A DNA stretch of 64,000 nucleotides from Vitrella brassicaformis CCMP3155 (taxonomy: Eukaryota; Protista; Chromerida): assembly GCA_001179505.1 (NCBI GenBank), contig CDMY01000247.1:1-64000 (forward strand). The letters run 5' to 3'. Position 1 is the stretch's first letter; the number at the start of each line of letters is the position of its first letter. Below the pieces are notes generated by a model. That model was not told the origin of the DNA. It saw nothing but the letters and a program-made list of their open reading frames with translations, and did not search any database. The translations under genes and the position numbers were made by a program. Of this stretch, positions 1 to 11,576 are shown one piece after another.

Positions 1-1062
1 ATGTGCTGAGCGCAGATGAATGTGAGCAGGGTCAGTCGCCAATGATGCACGAATAGCATCGACAGCTTGCGCACCCCACACGTATCTCACCCTACCTTGC
101 CTTGGCGCGGCTGCCTGCACTCGGCTACGAAGGCTAGTCAAAGATGGAGGCACCATAACGGGCATGATAGCCCATGAGATGCATCGGTGCGGTGTATGAA
201 ATGCATGATCGTCTATAGAAAAATGACTGGCGCGAAGGAAGATCTGCGGCGAGGCAGCTACGTAGTCAATAAGGCTATGCTTCCTCCCTTGTGTACACGT
301 AGGTTGAGCCGTCCTCTGAACCGGGCAGGGGCCTATCTGACGACCATTAAAGAGCAGAAGGCAGGATGCCTTGCACAGAGCGAGCAGCCAAACGCCCGTC
401 CAGTTACGTGGGTGTGAGCAGTCACTGATACGTGTCGGTGGATTAAGCAAAAGGGGGTGCAGTGCTGTCGAGTCAATGCCAATATCTGCATATTCCGACG
501 GCGGCAAAGTGTCCGGGTCAGTCGCCGTCTTGGCGTTAAAATCACCGCACAAAAGCACATAACCATCCTCAGCCAGTTGCTCACACAGCAGGGTGAAGGC
601 ACTCCACCACTCACCACCTTGGCCGTCGTCATCGGGGCGCATGAAAGGAGGCACGTAGCAGGCAAGCAGAAACACTGGGCGATCCAGACCGAACAACTGC
701 TGGTCCGCTCTCAGTATGACTACATTAGAAAGTGGCGTCTCTCGACGTGTGAGCAGGTGAGTGACACGCGTACTCGTGTACCACGCAACCCCGCCCGACT
801 TGACTTGTTTGTTCGCCGAACTACTGTACAAGAGGGCACGTGGCGAAGACCAGCAAGTATAGCCAGTGAGAGCCACAGGCGGGTCATCCTCGTCCTGTTT
901 CGTCTCAATGAAGGCGAGAAAGTCATAACGAACGCGTTTGCAACCATCCCATATACACAAGTCATCCAGCAAGTCACCATATGCACGGAACTTCGCCGCT
1001 AAGTCCTGGATATTCAAACACAGAAACGTGAAGGCCGGCAGCGAAGAGCTGGCCGGCGTCAT
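1..1062 (-). mobile_element. Non-LTR retrotransposon (LINE) ORF2, N-terminal APE endonuclease; runs off the left edge of the window
   Basis: My translation of the minus frame has no stop from ATG 1062 to base 1, so it is missing from the ORF track. It reads MTPASSSLPAFTFLCLNIQDL..YDFLAFIETK..SGGVAWY..ACYVPP..VLLCGDFNAKT..RISD..N..GVWLLALC..LLLFNGR..SLIDYVAAS. These are the ordered motifs of LINE APE endonucleases. Confidence 0.85.
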
Positions 1063-1742
1063 GGCGATCGACGCAATGCATCCATGCATGGATGGGCGGG
1101 GCCGACGGCTGGGGCAGCCGCGTCCCACGCCAGAGGAGCGCCGTGCGCCTGCTGGGCCGCCCCTGGTGGGCACTGCCTGTCTATGAATGCGTCCCGCCCC
1201 CTGCCCCTGCCTCTTCCTTTCCCCCCGCGTGCTGCTAACCAGTCGGCCATATGCAAAAATACACGGGCACACCACTTGCCCATCCCCCGCCCACAACACA
1301 ACACCGCACGCAACAGGCATGGATCAGACGCCCCGCCCACATGTAATGAACCATGGCTTGTACCTATACGATGAGCTGATCGTGCCTCCAGCACGCATGA
1401 GGAGAGCGACCCAGGCTGCATGCCTCCCCCCTCATCGGAGGAGACGCGAGGCATGCAGCCTGATGCCGCCATGCGCTGAAAATGCAACGAGTCAGTCCAA
1501 TTCGTGCCCCTCTGCCCGCCTATATACGCATGAAACGCACCCATCCGAGTCCCCTTCGACTGACTGCCCCTCCCATCCCAGCAGGCGCGATGCACACGAA
1601 ACGCACCCATCCGAGTCCCCTTCGACTGACTGCCCCTCCCATCCCAGCACACCATGCACACGAAACGCTGCACCCACCCACAATCTGCCTGCCAAGACTC
1701 CCCCCACGCACAGCAAGGGTAACACCAGCGACACCTCCCCAC
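1059..1742 (-). CDS. Possible ORF1 C-terminal part of the LINE
   Basis: The ORF lies directly upstream of ORF2 and has an RG-rich tract (GKGRGRGRGR). Its TGA overlaps the ORF2 ATG as ATGA. No diagnostic domain was recognised. Confidence 0.3.
   Translation of the reverse strand: MGRCRWCYPCCAWGESWQADCGWVQRFVCMVCWDGRGSQSKGTRMGAFRVHRACWDGRGSQSKGTRMGAFHAYIGGQRGTNWTDSLHFQRMAASGCMPRVSSDEGGGMQPGSLSSCVLEARSAHRIGTSHGSLHVGGASDPCLLRAVLCCGRGMGKWCARVFLHMADWLAARGGKGRGRGRGRDAFIDRQCPPGAAQQAHGAPLAWDAAAPAVGPAHPCMDALRRSP
1529..1652. repeat. 66-bp minisatellite, about 2 units
   Basis: The unit cacgaaacgcacccatccgagtccccttcgactgactgcccctcccatcccagca recurs, with cttcgac at 1554 and 1620 (period 66). Confidence 0.9.
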
Positions 1743-2362
1743 CTACTAGCAGAGCTGCTACACGTACTCGTACTGCCACCTGATGAAACTGCCAAAAGGG
1801 CAGCCAGCAGATGCGAGAGCAGTGCATGAGCCATTGAATGGCATGCAACCGATGCAAGTCACGGGGTGGGCGCCATCGCTGCCATCTGCGAGCAGGGGGG
1901 CGGGGAGGAAGGGAGTAGAGGGGGTATAAGCGAGGCGGGCAGTAAAGTAGATACATACACGCTTGCATGAGAACAAAGAAGACCAGAGTGAGGAAAGTGA
2001 GTAAGAGGTATAGAAAAACCAGCAGCGTGGCGACATGTGGCGGAAAAAGGAGGGGTATGGGCAGCCATAATAGAAGGCTGCGAGTAAGCGGCCACCACGA
2101 TAACGTCGCCAAGGAAAGACCCGACAAGTAAGTGCCTGAAAAAGACCATTCAACCCAGGAGGGGACACAAACAAGCCAGACAGTACGACCGTATGACGCC
2201 CAACCTGTAGTGTACATCAAACAAGCGACGAACAGTACAATCCCCAGGCAGCCGCACCCCGTATGGCCCCATAGAACTGACACCATCAAACCCACCTGAC
2301 AACACCCAGCCAGCCAAGTATGATCCCTGCCTGCACTCATTCCCTGCCCTTTCTCCTTCTTC

Positions 2363-2857
2363 TTATCCTTGGTGACGAAAGTATCCTTGGGGACGAAAAT
2401 AGGGGCCGTTGGCGGGGTTCAGATGACTCCAGGTGTGCAGCATGCCTTGCTTGTGGGCAGGCTGGTAGGGTGGGAGGCTGGTAGCCGTCTGCATGGACGC
2501 CAGCGACGGGTTGCTCGTGGAGCGGGAGAAGATCTGGCCCTCACGGTCGAGCTCGTCCTGCTGCTCCTCCGTGATTGGCGTCAGCACGGGGTGCGACGCG
2601 TTGGCACTGTGCGCTGCATGGGGTGGGCAAGAGGGGAGCCGCTGGTCAGGGGGTGAGTAGGGGGTGGGATATGGGCATGTGGGCGGGTGAGAGAGTGGGG
2701 GCTGCTGATGCGGTCCAGAGGGAGTGGACGACGCCGCCGGCATGGACGCCACAGACGCACCGGGAGGGAGGAAGGGGACATACGGCATGGGCGGCGCCAT
2801 CGGCGCCATATATGGCGCTGGCGCCGTCGACGTGCCTGGCGCCGTTTGTCGGAGCAA
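2363..2857 (-). CDS. Pro/Ser-rich ORF, unknown (possibly element-derived)
   Basis: 164-aa low-complexity ORF with no recognisable domain. Confidence 0.2.
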   Translation of the reverse strand: MLRQTAPGTSTAPAPYMAPMAPPMPYVPFLPPGASVASMPAASSTPSGPHQQPPLSHPPTCPYPTPYSPPDQRLPSCPPHAAHSANASHPVLTPITEEQQDELDREGQIFSRSTSNPSLASMQTATSLPPYQPAHKQGMLHTWSHLNPANGPYFRPQGYFRHQG

Positions 2858-3032
2858 GAGCTGCGAGCTTTGCTATGATCGCCATTGGGCTGTTCACAAC
2901 GGAGAGGCAAGCATCAGGCAGCAAGAAGACCACTGGTGAGCACACTATCACAGATCTTCCGGAAAAACGAATGCAAAAGATGACATGATGAATCCCTCCC
3001 TTACAGCTGTGTGTGTTTGTTGTCTGCAGAGG

Positions 3033-3493
3033 ATGGCACCAGGTGGCCGCAGGCTGGTCGGCCTCACTGTGTGGGGCGACGGGAAGGTCGACGAGTCCCT
3101 CGACAGGCCGGGGGAGCTGTCGTTCGACGTCATCGGCGCAGGCCCCGACGGGCGGCCGATGGAGGTGCTGCTGGGCGATGATGACAAAGGGGTCCGCTTC
3201 TTCGACTTGAGCACCAACCCGCCCAAGCTGCTGCCCATCGGAGAGCGGCCTCGAAACCGGTGAGAAGCAAACTCTGTCACTCACACCATCGCTGTGGATG
3301 GCCTGTGTGTGTGTTTGTCAGGGTCGGCAATGAGCGGGTCGTCGGCAAGACGCGTCTGGGCGACGGCTTCGTGTACGAGGACACTTCCGTCCTGGCGGGT
3401 CAGTTCTACACCAAGGAGGGCGGCCAGCGGCGCTACTTCGACCTGCTGCCGCCTGGACGGCTCCCTGGCCAACAGCCCGCCGTGGACCAAACG
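3033..3493 (+). CDS. Hypothetical protein, at least 2 exons, probably continuing into the gap
   Basis: Exons MAPGGRRLVGLTVWGDGKVDESLD..RNR and VGNERVVGKTRLGDGFVYED..DQT are joined by a GT-AG intron (about 3260-3320). A further GT donor follows. Confidence 0.55.
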
Positions 3494-3657
3494 TGAGAGC
3501 CGACACCGTCACGACAACCGTTGTGCGTGAAGATGCTGCTCTCCCTCTCTCTCTGTCTGTGTGTGTGTGTGTGTGTGTTGGTCAGTGTGGGTGTGGCCAA
3601 TGGCGGCGGCGCCACACTGCGTCAGCGGCAGGAGGGCTCGTCATTGCCACTGCAGCA

Positions 3658-3957
3658 NNNNNNNNNNNNNNNNNNNNNNNNNNNNNNNNNNNNNNNNNNN
3701 NNNNNNNNNNNNNNNNNNNNNNNNNNNNNNNNNNNNNNNNNNNNNNNNNNNNNNNNNNNNNNNNNNNNNNNNNNNNNNNNNNNNNNNNNNNNNNNNNNNN
3801 NNNNNNNNNNNNNNNNNNNNNNNNNNNNNNNNNNNNNNNNNNNNNNNNNNNNNNNNNNNNNNNNNNNNNNNNNNNNNNNNNNNNNNNNNNNNNNNNNNNN
3901 NNNNNNNNNNNNNNNNNNNNNNNNNNNNNNNNNNNNNNNNNNNNNNNNNNNNNNNNN
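3658..3957. other. Assembly gap (300 N)
   Basis: Run of N abutting the minisatellite array. Confidence 1.
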
Positions 3958-4176
3958 CCATCCACGTCCCCTTCGACTGACTGCCCCTCCCATCCCAGCA
4001 CTCATCAAGCACACGAAACGCACCCATCCAAGTCCATCCCAGCACTCATCAAGCACACGAAACGCACCCATCCAAGTCCCCTTCGACTGACTGCCCCTCC
4101 CATCCCAGCACTCATCAAGCACACAAAACGCACCCATCCAAGTCCCCTTCGACTGACTGCCCCTCCCATCCCAGCG
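3958..4176. repeat. 66-bp minisatellite, about 3.5 units (one truncated); same unit as 1529-1652
   Basis: cttcgactgactgcccctcccatcccagc occurs at 3971, 4081 and 4147. Confidence 0.9.
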
Positions 4177-4402
4177 CTGTGAATCGTTTCGGGTAGGTCG
4201 CACGCGTAAAACGGTCGAGGCGGCGCTGCAGCGGGGCCGTGTGTATTCCGGCAAGATCGCTGCACAGATTCAGCCATTTGATCAACAGCGGCAGCAAAGC
4301 TCCCAGACACGCAAGAACAGCCCGGCAACATGAGTTTCGATCCTGGGCGTGCGAGCTCGAATACATTTTGGGACCTTCTCTTTCTCATCGCGCGATTCGT
4401 TG

Positions 4403-7004
4403 ATGGAGGCCGGAAGCAATGAAGATGACGTCAGAAAGGTGATCACTCAGAGGCTGAGACGAGCATGTGGAGATCTTGTGCGTGTCGTGCAGATCTGCGA
4501 GGATACAACAGCCCTGGGAGAAGATCTCCACCGTCTACAGTCACGAATCAAGGTGAGATGAGAGCAACTGGAAAATGCTTGGCTTGTCTCGCCACCTCTG
4601 GCTGGTCTTGTGTCTGTGTGTGTCATTGCAGGGGTGTGCCCGTCCTTCTGACAGCAGTGCCGCTCAATGGCTGGATTCGGCAGTGACGCAGCTCTCCGCC
4701 GCTGACCTGAGTGTCGCTGGGGCGATAGATGCACTCGGCAATGCGGCAGCGGCCTTGCCCGTGGAAGCGTCTCAAGCTGAGGTGAGAGGGAGAGGCTCTG
4801 ACAGGCACACAGGACCAGGGGGTTATGTGCAAGAATTGACGGTTGTGCCTGTGTGTGGTGGTGCTGCTTCAGGACACCATGGCTGATGCAGAGGCTGTCA
4901 CGTCGGCGCCTGCATTCCAACTGATCCATGTGTCGGGGAGGCAGCCGACCGACCGCGGACCGGTGAGATCAGACAGACAGACAATCCATTCGCCATCCTC
5001 TCTGCATCCGTCTGGTCCCATTTCTCTGCTTTTGCATCAATCAGGCGTCCCTTCGTCTCTCCTCCGATGAGCTGGCGACCCTCTTCGGCTTCCATCAGCC
5101 ATGGCACCTGACACATGCAGCACCAGCCCTCGGCCACACCGTCTTCAGCTGGGCGGCTGCCAACTGCACCCACCTCACCATCGACGGATCGAACAAGGGC
5201 GGCGTGCGGCACATCTGGGAGAAGATGCCGCCGCAGGTGGCGTACAGATGGGGACAGCGCATGATCAACCTCACACACATCCACGTCATATTGCCCAAGA
5301 GAGATACCCGCTGGTGTCGCGGCATCGTTGTCGGGATCATCGAGGGCAATGCACAAGCACGCAAGGCACGGAGAGAGCAGCAGGAGGCGGCAGCACAGCC
5401 GGAGGACGTTGCGCGACCTCCCGCTTCGTCCATCAAGGTCCTCAGCTTCGAGGAAGACACCGAAGTAAAGGCATATTGGACCCGCAGTGAGGCGTCAAGA
5501 GAGCCTGGCGATGCTTCCCCCTCGCCCGTCGACTTGTCCAACCTCGAGGAGGTCCGGGACATGCCGAAGGAGTACGCTTCCGTGCGCGTCGGCGGTCGTG
5601 TGTGGCACACGCCGTGCCTGCGAGTCATGACCTTCAAGACCAACTTGATGGATGACGTCAGTGTGTTGGAGCAGTGGCTGGCGTCATGCGAGCGCCTGGA
5701 GGTGTTCGACGACGGCCACGTCCCGCTCTCGTGGGCGGTAACGAACGTCTACGAGAGCGTCCTCGAGCGCAAGACGAAGATCCTGAGGATGGCCCCCACT
5801 GGCAGCACCTCCCTCTCCCGCCTCAGGTCTATCGGCGTTATTCCTCTGCCCATACCAGAGCAGCTGGGGGAGCTGCCGCCAGAGGAAGAGGTGGCGGCCC
5901 TGCGTGAGGTCCTTGTGGCGCGAGGGTGTCGAAGGAGCCTCCGCGAGCTGCATATCCAGTCCGAGAGGAGACTCACGGCAGACCACAAGGAAATGCTGCG
6001 GGAGGTGGGGCTCCTCGCAGAGGAGGTGCTCCATCCTTCCGCCGTCGACCAGCCGCAGGCCCGGGTGCATCCGGACGGCAGGGACGTCAAGATGGACCTG
6101 GAGCTCATCGGGTGGATGAAGAACGAATCACCTCAGGTGGGTTGGTGGGCGGTACATGCACTGGCACCTTTCTGCACTGGCAATCCTCGTGCCGTGCCGT
6201 TGTGTCCGCCTGTGTACGTGGTGTCAGGTTCAGAAGATCGTGCGTTCGTTCGCTTCGCTGGCCGATGTCGTGTGCTTCGACTCTCGACCAGGGCATGACG
6301 ACGCCCAGCTGACGGACCCCGAAGCTGCCGCACACACGACATACTTCCACCGCGCCCACACTTTCCGCTGCACGGCGAGACGCCTGTCGGTAGCCGAGCT
6401 TGACGGCCTCGCCAAGAACCGTGGCCACCCAGATGCCACAGTGCCGCCACTTGTGCTTCCGAGATCAATACAAGACGGTCGTCGACGATTCGCCCACCAC
6501 GGCTTTCCAGTTCCTTCGCCAGATGGGCAGCAACGGGGAGGAGCGGCCTCCACTGTCGGTGCCGATTCGTGCGTCCCCAGCGGGCATCCTGCAGTCTGAC
6601 CAAAGCGGGCTGCTGCAATGGTACGTCTCGCATGACCTGCCGGCCATTGACGAGGTGGACATCGAAGTGAAAGGTGAGAAGTGGCAACGAAGACAGAAGC
6701 AGATGCACATGGCGATGCTGCATGGCCTGTTTGCTCTGTCTGCTGTTTCTCCCTCCCCATCCCCACAGGTGGGCTGCCAACTGGTGCCACGTTCGAGGCC
6801 TTCTACGGCTCGCTCATGACCTCCCTCGCTGCCATCGTCGGTGTCCGTGGCGTGCGCAAGGTGTCTGCCTGCATCTCGGATGCTGATGTGCGTGAGGGCG
6901 TCCGCAGGCTGTTCAACGTGCACCTGGCCATGTTCAACTTGCTGGGCGCCCCGTACACGGTGTCCATGGTGGACGACACCGTCAGAATCCACAAGCGATC
7001 GTGA
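4403..7004 (+). pseudogene. Multi-exon member of a lineage-expanded hypothetical family; apparent frameshift near 6415
   Basis: Exons from MEAGSNEDD.. through LRLSSDELATLFGFHQPWHLTH..NCTHLTIDGSNK..RHIWEKMPPQVAYRWGQRMINL.. to ..VRIHKRS*. Protein-like coding switches frame at gccaagaaccgtg (6411-6423), and the downstream frame is the one that splices correctly into the last exon. Confidence 0.7.
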
Positions 7005-7694
7005 GGGCGAGGCCGCAGAAGGGTGTGTGCATGCTCCCACTCTGTCAGCGCATTTTTTCTGTGTGTACTTCACTCCCAGTCCGTCATAACTTATTATTTA
7101 TCTGTAGACATTTTTGTTGAGGCAGCTCTTTTTGGTGCTCGTGTAGTGCACGGGTACATGCAGCGACGGATATTTCTGATGAGATTGGCCAATGCCTGGG
7201 TGTTTTTCCTTGCAGGACGGGGTTCTTCACAAGACACTGTCCTTGAGGTGTGACGTGACGACCCTCATGAGACTGTGTGTGTATGCATTGACCTTATCCA
7301 TGTTTGCTTGTACGGTTCGTTTGTTCGTTCGCCCATCCATCCATCCATCCATCCGTCCATCCGTCCATCGTATGGATGATAAAACATCCATCCCCAGTGC
7401 ACACGGTCATCACAGCCGTCGACACCCAACGGACCATGGAGGGAATATCAAATATCAACCAACGTACGTACTCACACAAATCCCACCACCCATTCACCCA
7501 CCCACTCCCCCCCTGATCGTGTGGAAGCAGTCACAAATATACGTATGCCGAAAAACGAGTCGGAGGATTCAGTCAGTCAGTCAGTCAGCTGTATGCACAC
7601 ACATGCCGCGCGAAAGGAAGTCACCTGTACACGGCTTCCCCCCGCACACACACCCTCACACAGACCGACCTCTACACAGCGACTGACCGGCTCG

Positions 7695-8900
7695 CTATCC
7701 TCCGTCCTCTGTGGCGGCCTCTCTGTCGCTTCTGAGCCATGTGTTGCCCTTGGCCCACCCTGCCAGCCATCCCATCCCGAAGAAGGCCTTGTGAGACTCA
7801 CCGCCGCCCTCCCGAGCCTTGAGAGTGAGGAACTCCTCGTGGCACCGTCTGGCTCGTTCTTCTCGCGATGATACGAGCAGCTCGGCGATGCGCTCAAACT
7901 TCGTCGGGCTGCCCCTTTCGTCCGATGCGTGATACAAAAAAAGAGAGATAGACGCACAGTTGACGGGACAGTCGGTGTGGTTCGTCTGTCTTGGTTGCCT
8001 CCTCGCCTACCAGGTCTGACGGATGACGGCCTGATGCTCCCTCACGTCCGGCCTCTCCCAATAGTCAGAACTGCATCAAACAGCACATATCATATGCGGG
8101 AATACATGTGTGCCAACGCCACATCCCCTTCCTCCCTCCTCCCCCTCTCCCCGCGCTCACCCGGGTCTGATGCCGCGAGTGCTCAGCGACAGGAGGAACG
8201 GGTCCGTCGTAACGGCAGGCACCTCCCCATCCCCACCGCCGCCCCGCTGCCCGTACCGGCATGGTGCATCGTCCCCGTACTCGGCTATGTCCGTTGGCCG
8301 GTTGGTCATGTTCTTGGCCTTGCTGAGGTCCAGTGGCGCAGGGCGCTTGGCCGACAGGCGCTGGTTGGGATGGCTGTCGTCATCGCCACGGGAAGGCGGC
8401 CTGACCTGTGGCTGTGTCAGCGGCGTGGCGAACGTGACGAAGTCGTCGAACTCAAGGCCGTCGAGCCATTCCGTTGTGTCGGTGAGGTGGTTAATCGCCC
8501 CCTCCACATCTGAATGAGCCGACACAACACACGACAGCACGCCGTACAAACAAACTGCAGCGTTCGCACAAGGTTCTCCGAGTCATCCGTTCTTACGGTG
8601 CAGGGCGATGTCGCTGGCCTCGGCTTCCTGCTCTACTGCCCCCTCCGCAGCGCACTCGCCGCACAGCACGCTGCCCATGCCGCGGCATTCGGCTTGCCGA
8701 TTCCTTCTCTTTCGAGCTCGCAGATCTCCGATCGGACGAGATTTCTCCAATGACGCTTGCTCTGGCTTGGCTGCTGAGGTGCAGTGCACGTGTGCCTGTT
8801 TGTGACGAAGAGCGCGCCTTTGGTTGGTGCGCTCCTGCTGCTTTTCCACCAGAGCTTCGCCCATCTGATCTCGGCCTTTTGGCCAGCTTGCCTGTACTGC
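7695..8900 (-). CDS. Hypothetical multi-exon protein
   Basis: Spliceable exons ..ECRGMGSVLCGECAAEG..IALH|HVEGAINHLTDTTEWLDGLEFDDF.. and ..KFERIAELLVSSREERARRCHEEF... The ends are uncertain. Confidence 0.4.
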
Positions 8901-9627
8901 CGTTATGTCTACGCAGTGGTGGGTTCTGTCGCGTGAATGCGTGTCCATATCACACACACAGGCAGGCTTCATCGTAGGTAGGGGATGGGGTGTGGTTGTG
9001 TGTCAGTTTGTCAGCAGGCATCCGGCTCACTGCATACTGCATCGTCAGTCGCAGAGCAAGGTCAGAAGGCAGACTGCATCTCATGCGACAGTTGCCCAAA
9101 GGCCACAAGGCCTACGTTTCTCTTCCTTGCGGCGCCTACGTGTCATTCGTGTTTGTGCTTCCCGCTCTCAGACTCGTGTGGGTGAGGGCATTCGTTTCGT
9201 CAGCAAAATCACTTGGTCTTTGCGTGTCGTTCAACCAACCCAGAAGCATTCAGACAATGCCCTTGGCAGTCTCCCATCCACGTGTGTCTGTCACACGCAT
9301 CAGGTCCATCACACCTATGCACATGTGTCTGCATGAATGAGCATAGCAGAGCCGCAAGGCCAATGACGCTACCGGGACACCAGACACCGAGCGGCTGTCC
9401 ACCCATGCACTACCAACGAACACTCCAGTCTGCCCGTCACCGGAAGGCAACACACCACACACCAGAGACAGACGTGCAACTATACACACACACTGCCCTC
9501 CTTCTCCCTGTCAGACCAGTACTGTACACCCAGCCGGGCACAACCGGGCCAGAACAGCGTACACTCAAGCAGCGGACAACGCGTCCGCCAATCACCCATC
9601 AACACACCAGCAGTGGACGACGCGCCG

Positions 9628-10288
9628 CTAACCCCTCATTACACGTGAGCATATTAGCTGACACGTGCGGCCACCAGCCGAAGATAGCCGGTTGTCTTTG
9701 CGGAAGAAAGACCTCCTGGCCCGCAGCCGCCTGCCGTCACCAACATCAGCTGCGCCAACACCCAGGGAACGATGCACACGCCTGTCATACAGACAGACAG
9801 ACAGACACAGAGAGAGAGAGAGAGATGAATGAGTGGTCTCTCCCTCTCCCTCTCCCTGTTCTGAGTCTGACCGTCTTGCCGGCGCGTCTGTTGATCCCCC
9901 GCCTCCACTCATCCCTCCTCCTCGACCAGCCATGCAGAACCGACATATTCGGTCTGGAGGGACCAAGACGGCTACTGCCTTCCTCTCGACCTCTTCACCA
10001 TCCTATTGCCCTGCGGTCATACCATAACGAGTCAAGATCATCAATCTTGTTGCTGCCTTGTGAAGCTGTGTTGTTTGCCGTCGGCTTGGCTCCCCAGTCG
10101 TCACCGTCGGCCTCAGTGGCCGCCCTGACCTCCCCGCCCTCTCCGTTGGGCGTCATGGCGCCGCCCGACCCACTCACACCGCTCACTGCCGTCGAGTCGC
10201 CTGAATGGCACACAGACACACACACATGCATCGAGACCAATGTGCCGGTGGATGAAGGCTGCTCACTGGGGATGTGCTGCGGCTGCAT
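9628..10288 (-). CDS. Gene whose first two exons are paralogous to the 5' end of the FKBP-TPR gene at 58011, with an unrelated 3' part
   Basis: MQPQHIPSEQPSSTGTLVSM|GDSTAVSGVSGSGGAMTP..DGDDWGAKPTAN is near-identical to the 58011+ translation. Similarity ends near 10070. Confidence 0.45.
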
Positions 10289-10876
10289 CTCACCCTGTGA
10301 CCACTTGGCTGGCGGAGAGGGTTCGTTGTGTAGGGTTTATGACCCTTCAGGGTTTGTCAAACCCTGCACCCCGTCGTCAGGAGCATCGAATCAATCGCCC
10401 TCGGCAGACTTCTTCAGTGAGAGCGGCGCTTTGGGTCAGGCAGGAGCCGGGCAGACACACCAGTGGCACACCACCATCGCTCACGAGCATCTCGTACGCC
10501 CGGCGGTGGGCAGATGACAGCACAATAAGCGCTTCTTCACGACTAGCTTCACGAGGTGTTTGCCTGCTTGTGTGGATTGCTTGTGTATGCAGGTCTCATG
10601 CAGCCTGTGAGCGTTGAGTGCGGTGTTTGCGGCGGTGTAGCGGCTTGTGAGTGACGATTGGTCTGTTGAGTGTGCAGAGCCGACAAACCAGTTTGACAAA
10701 GCCACTTCCAACTGCCGTCTATCTGCCGCTCATCGCCACCACAGGCAGCTGGCAACCGACAGTCCTCCCTGCGTTTAGTCCTCCCCCTTTAGTCCTCCCT
10801 GCCTCTCCGCAGATCACGACGACGGCCGCAGCCAAGCGGCTGACCTTGCCGACATCTCTGACCTGACAGCTCCAGC

Positions 10877-11576
10877 ATGATAACGAGATGGATAGAGATC
10901 ACTGGGGGGGATGGCTTCTCTGCGCATTTGTGTTGTGATGTCGTGGCTCTCGACGACATCAATGCGGATCTCATCGACCTGAGGAAGGCCGTCTTCAACC
11001 AGAAGAAGGCAATCGTCAGGAGTCACGTTCGGAATCCCCTCGCTGGCGGTACGCGACACGTGTGGGGTGAGTGGACATCATGTGTCTGTCGAACGACTGT
11101 GTTTGTGTTCCGTCAGAGCTGTGGCTCTATTTCCGAGGCAAAAGCGGAAGCTTTTGCAGACTCGACCAGCGTGTGGTGGACGAGTTTCCCATAGAGGGAA
11201 AGGCCAACCGGGACAAACGGCATGGACAGGACGAGGCACACGCCATACCCATGTGCGCCATCACCAACAAACGGGAGTGGAAGGTAAGTACTTAATGTGA
11301 TTCGGGTGAATGCTCTCTCTGTGCGGGTGTGTGTTTCTGTGCGTGTGTGTGTGTGTGTGTGATCCCATCGATCAGGCGTGGGAGAGGGAGGTGGCCGTGG
11401 GCATGACGTGGGGTAGGCTGGTCTCACTGGGAGACCGGTTGGCGTCCCCGTTCGACCTGCTGCCCCGCGTCCCGTCGATCGGCCACACACACACCCGGCG
11501 CGGCAGCGGCAGAGTGCCTCTCCTCCACGAGCCAGCAACCGTCGTCACAGACGAGGGGGAGGAGACCAGCACATAG
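10877..11576 (+). CDS. Hypothetical protein, 3 exons
   Basis: MITRWIEITGGDG..RHVW|ELWLYFRGKSG..KREWK|AWEREVAVG..ETST*. Both introns are canonical GT-AG and phase-compatible. Confidence 0.6.

Noticed and set aside
457-1002. 181-aa plus-strand ORF
   Set aside because: It is antisense to the LINE endonuclease frame.
3958-4176. CRISPR-like array
   Set aside because: The units are tandem with no unique spacers, there are no cas genes, and the context is eukaryotic.
8600-8700. DnaJ-type CxxCxGxG zinc finger
   Set aside because: Only a partial pattern (ECRGMG..CGEC) is present and the required paired repeats are not evident.
9213-10517. 434-aa plus-strand ORF
   Set aside because: It crosses microsatellite introns and is the antisense shadow of spliced minus-strand exons.
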